In this document: one piece after another, positions 61,351 to 64,000 of the stretch | How positions within the stretch are numbered: the stretch's first letter is position 1 | Layout: each line of letters begins with the position of its first letter | NCBI GenBank assembly: GCA_002633005.1 | Contig: NMRA01000310.1 | Location: 128,624 to 192,623 of the forward strand | Length of the DNA: 64,000 nucleotides | Reading direction: 5' to 3' | From: Phoronis australis | Taxonomy: Eukaryota > Animalia > Phoronida | Program-made: the position numbers and the translations under genes | Notes under the pieces: generated by a model | What the model was told of the DNA's origin: nothing | Database searches by the model: none | What the model saw: the letters and a program-made list of their open reading frames with translations, nothing else

Positions 61351-64000
61351 TATATCCGAAAACTTGCTCCCTGAAGTCCATGCCATGATCATATTTATTG
61401 ACCAACGACAGCCAGAAAGTTGACTCTATACTATCACAGGAAATAATTTAAATAAGTAATAGCGAATAAATAAAACAATAAATTACATAAATAAATAACA
61501 ACAAATAAAGAATAAAGATCCTAAAAAACAAATATATGGTGGGGAAGCAAAAAGCATAAGTCACGAATTTTCAATTAACTGTTCCTGAATCCACAGGCAT
61601 TGCAAAAAGCACCATTGCTTTTTTATCGACTGCAGCCGACATATTTTGTCATATTTATTTACTGCACACACGCCCGCTAGACGTCTCTACAGTCCATGAA
61701 ACAACAATGGCCGCCAGTGGCCGTCCAATGGGATTTCGCTTGGGGGGTTTGTCTCCCTCTCTACAGTCAAATTACTGTCTTGGGTCACTCTTTTTTCCAC
61801 GAGACCCCCTAGCGGCAGCCGCAGTCATACTGAGTCTGTGTGAGTGTTACATTCGAAGAAGGTTTATCGAAAATGATTTGCTCGTTATTCGGTAAACATG
61901 CTGTGGATGAGAAAATTTCCATTTAGTTGACTGTAGAATCGGTTCTCAGTCTTCAAAGGTGCGACCTCCTACACTGGTATTTGACCACCGCAGTGTCCCG
62001 AGTTTGGAACCTGCAAGGATTTCAGGTAGCCCTCAAGCTGTTTGAGATTGCAAAAAATCGGATCGTCTTTCACATTTTTGGAACTGGAGGAATTTGATTT
62101 CGGAATGAAATGTCGGCTGATGTTAGGCATTGGCAGGAAAGTACTGGGGTCTTGGGTTGAACTGTCAATTTTCCAGTTGTGTCCGTATTTGTGGAGCCCG
62201 ACTTTCTGTTTAAGGGAGGAAGTGCAAGAAATAAGTTGTGTGACAGAATTTTAATCTAAAGCTTCTTTGGCCACCAGTGGTGTGCACGATTGTCAGAATG
62301 TAGCCGGTGAAATTGTTTAAAGGAAAATGAAATTAGGCATGAAAATCCGTTTCAGTGTCCGTCTTAACAAATATTCATTAAAAGTTCCCGGAGTCGAGTA
62401 CACTGGGTCGATTCGAACAGACGTTGCTTTATTTGCTTTTAGTCAAATATGGCAAGACATCGACAAAAGAGTTTACACGTGCGACATATTTTGTTTTTCT
62501 ATCCTCTACTTTCATCAGCAGTTAAAGCGCCTATCTCACGGCTCTTGTAAGTCTGCAATACACTGCTCTCGACTGCACTAACAACGAAAATCATATAAAC
62601 ACTGCTGTCATTGTTGTTTTGACGCATTGCTCAAGTTCATCTTGTTCAAATGGCATAATTTTTTCTCTTCCTTTCTTGTGTCATGTTTATGGTAGACTGT
62701 ATATTAGTTTGAGTTTCTGCTATAGATGGCGCCTGTAGTATAACGGTCAGCCATCTTGATTAAGTCGTGTTGTATTCGTCTTAAGTCAAGTATAGCTAAT
62801 ATTAGTTTATTATTCCGTGAAATAGCGTTAAAACAACAAGAAAATTAATTCGACTACAATGAGTAAATTTGCAAATTCGTCAAATGTAAACTTTTACTAG
62901 GATTGTATAATTCCAATTGTCCCTTTTGGGAAATGTTCGAGAATCTTTCTGAAAATTATGCAGTCAAGAGAAGTTAGTGCATGAACAAATGTTGCGAAGT
63001 TCTTGTTTTTTGCTGAAAAGCGTAGATCTCATAAATTAAATGTTCAATTGTGAAAAGACTGGCTGTATAGCGTCAAATTGAAAACGTGTTCACTGTATGT
63101 GTCAGGGGCCGATAGCGCATAGCCTAGTGGATTGCATTATATATGCAATCGTTTCAAATAATCACTAAAACACGCCCACGGACATATTTTTGCAGCCACA
63201 CGTACCAGGAACGCCAGATTTGTAGTACAACTGCTCTGAATCTTGCTAATGGCCTCGTTTGAGACAATGTTATTTTTACATTGCGCCTTGCGGTCATTCC
63301 CAAACTGTAGTGATATTTTTTTATAAATGCTAGCGATATGGACATTTTTATGTTTATGATCTCATTGTATTGTGAGGCACCGGTATCCGCGTCAGTCTTC
63401 CCACGAAGGGTCCATTTTCCGTGTCTTGATGAGGAGAGATCCTTTGGCTGGAGGAATGGAGTCCACCGCACATTGTCCAAATGCCTGTCCGCCGCTGTAT
63501 ATACCTTGAACACGTATCACATGAACATGTTTTTCTCATGCTGGCGTATACAGCGGCGTAATTTCCTCTTATTCAATTCCTGGATCCGTGCATGATAATC
63601 CGACCAATAGGATTAGAGGATTAGGTTGCATAGTTTATAAAACTGCTGGGACGATATACCTCGTTGTTTCCGACATAAATCATCAATCACGACCCTTTAT
63701 ACTTCAAATGAAGCTGCAGGTATGCTGTACATGTGGCTAAATTTCTAGTCAATTTCATTGACAAAACTGGATCAGACGTAAATTATGTCTTGAAGTTAGA
63801 TTTTAATTTTTTAAAAATACATTTCACGAAGATCTGTACGGTTGCGCCACGTAGACGCAAGAAACTCGGAAAAACTTTTTACGTGATCCCACTAGTTTTT
63901 GTCGCGAGTCTATTGGGTTCAGGGAACGCATACGTGATCAGCTTGAGTAATAGTTTTCAGAAACATATATGCAGCCCATTCTGCCAAAAAAAAAATCTGC

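Noticed and set aside
61950-62260. Minus-strand open stretch of about 90 codons (NSVTQLISC...QLEGYLKSLQ)
   Set aside because: No suitable start or acceptor and no recognisable family. It may be a decayed transposon.
63154-63595. Overlapping ORFs, including a DSIPPAKGSLL segment faintly like transposase LPPT motifs
   Set aside because: Too short and interrupted by stops to call.

Overview
Eukaryotic, repeat-rich genomic DNA, AT-rich by eye. It is probably from a bilaterian invertebrate (inferred from CTCF-like motifs and the repeat landscape) and comes from a draft assembly containing N gaps and uncollapsed haplotype duplications. There is no prokaryotic operon, CRISPR array, rRNA or intact tRNA, and most listed ORFs are spurious. 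The best gene signal is a set of minus-strand exons with splice sites and low-complexity, Ser/Arg-rich peptides, each carrying an RRRSS motif (33109-32779, 24841-24580, 19486-18910), plus several weaker candidates. Together they look like the multi-promoter 5' region of one large gene whose conserved core lies left of the window. A PDE4/dunce-type identity is a hypothesis only. The rest is mostly intronic DNA containing CR1/L2-group LINE remnants, at least three CA...TG MITE families with 5-bp target duplications, a ~150-bp MITE family with apparent 2-bp TSDs, foldback elements, Helitron-like ends, minisatellites, and three minimal hammerhead-ribozyme-like motifs of the Penelope type, two of which form a 282-bp palindrome.
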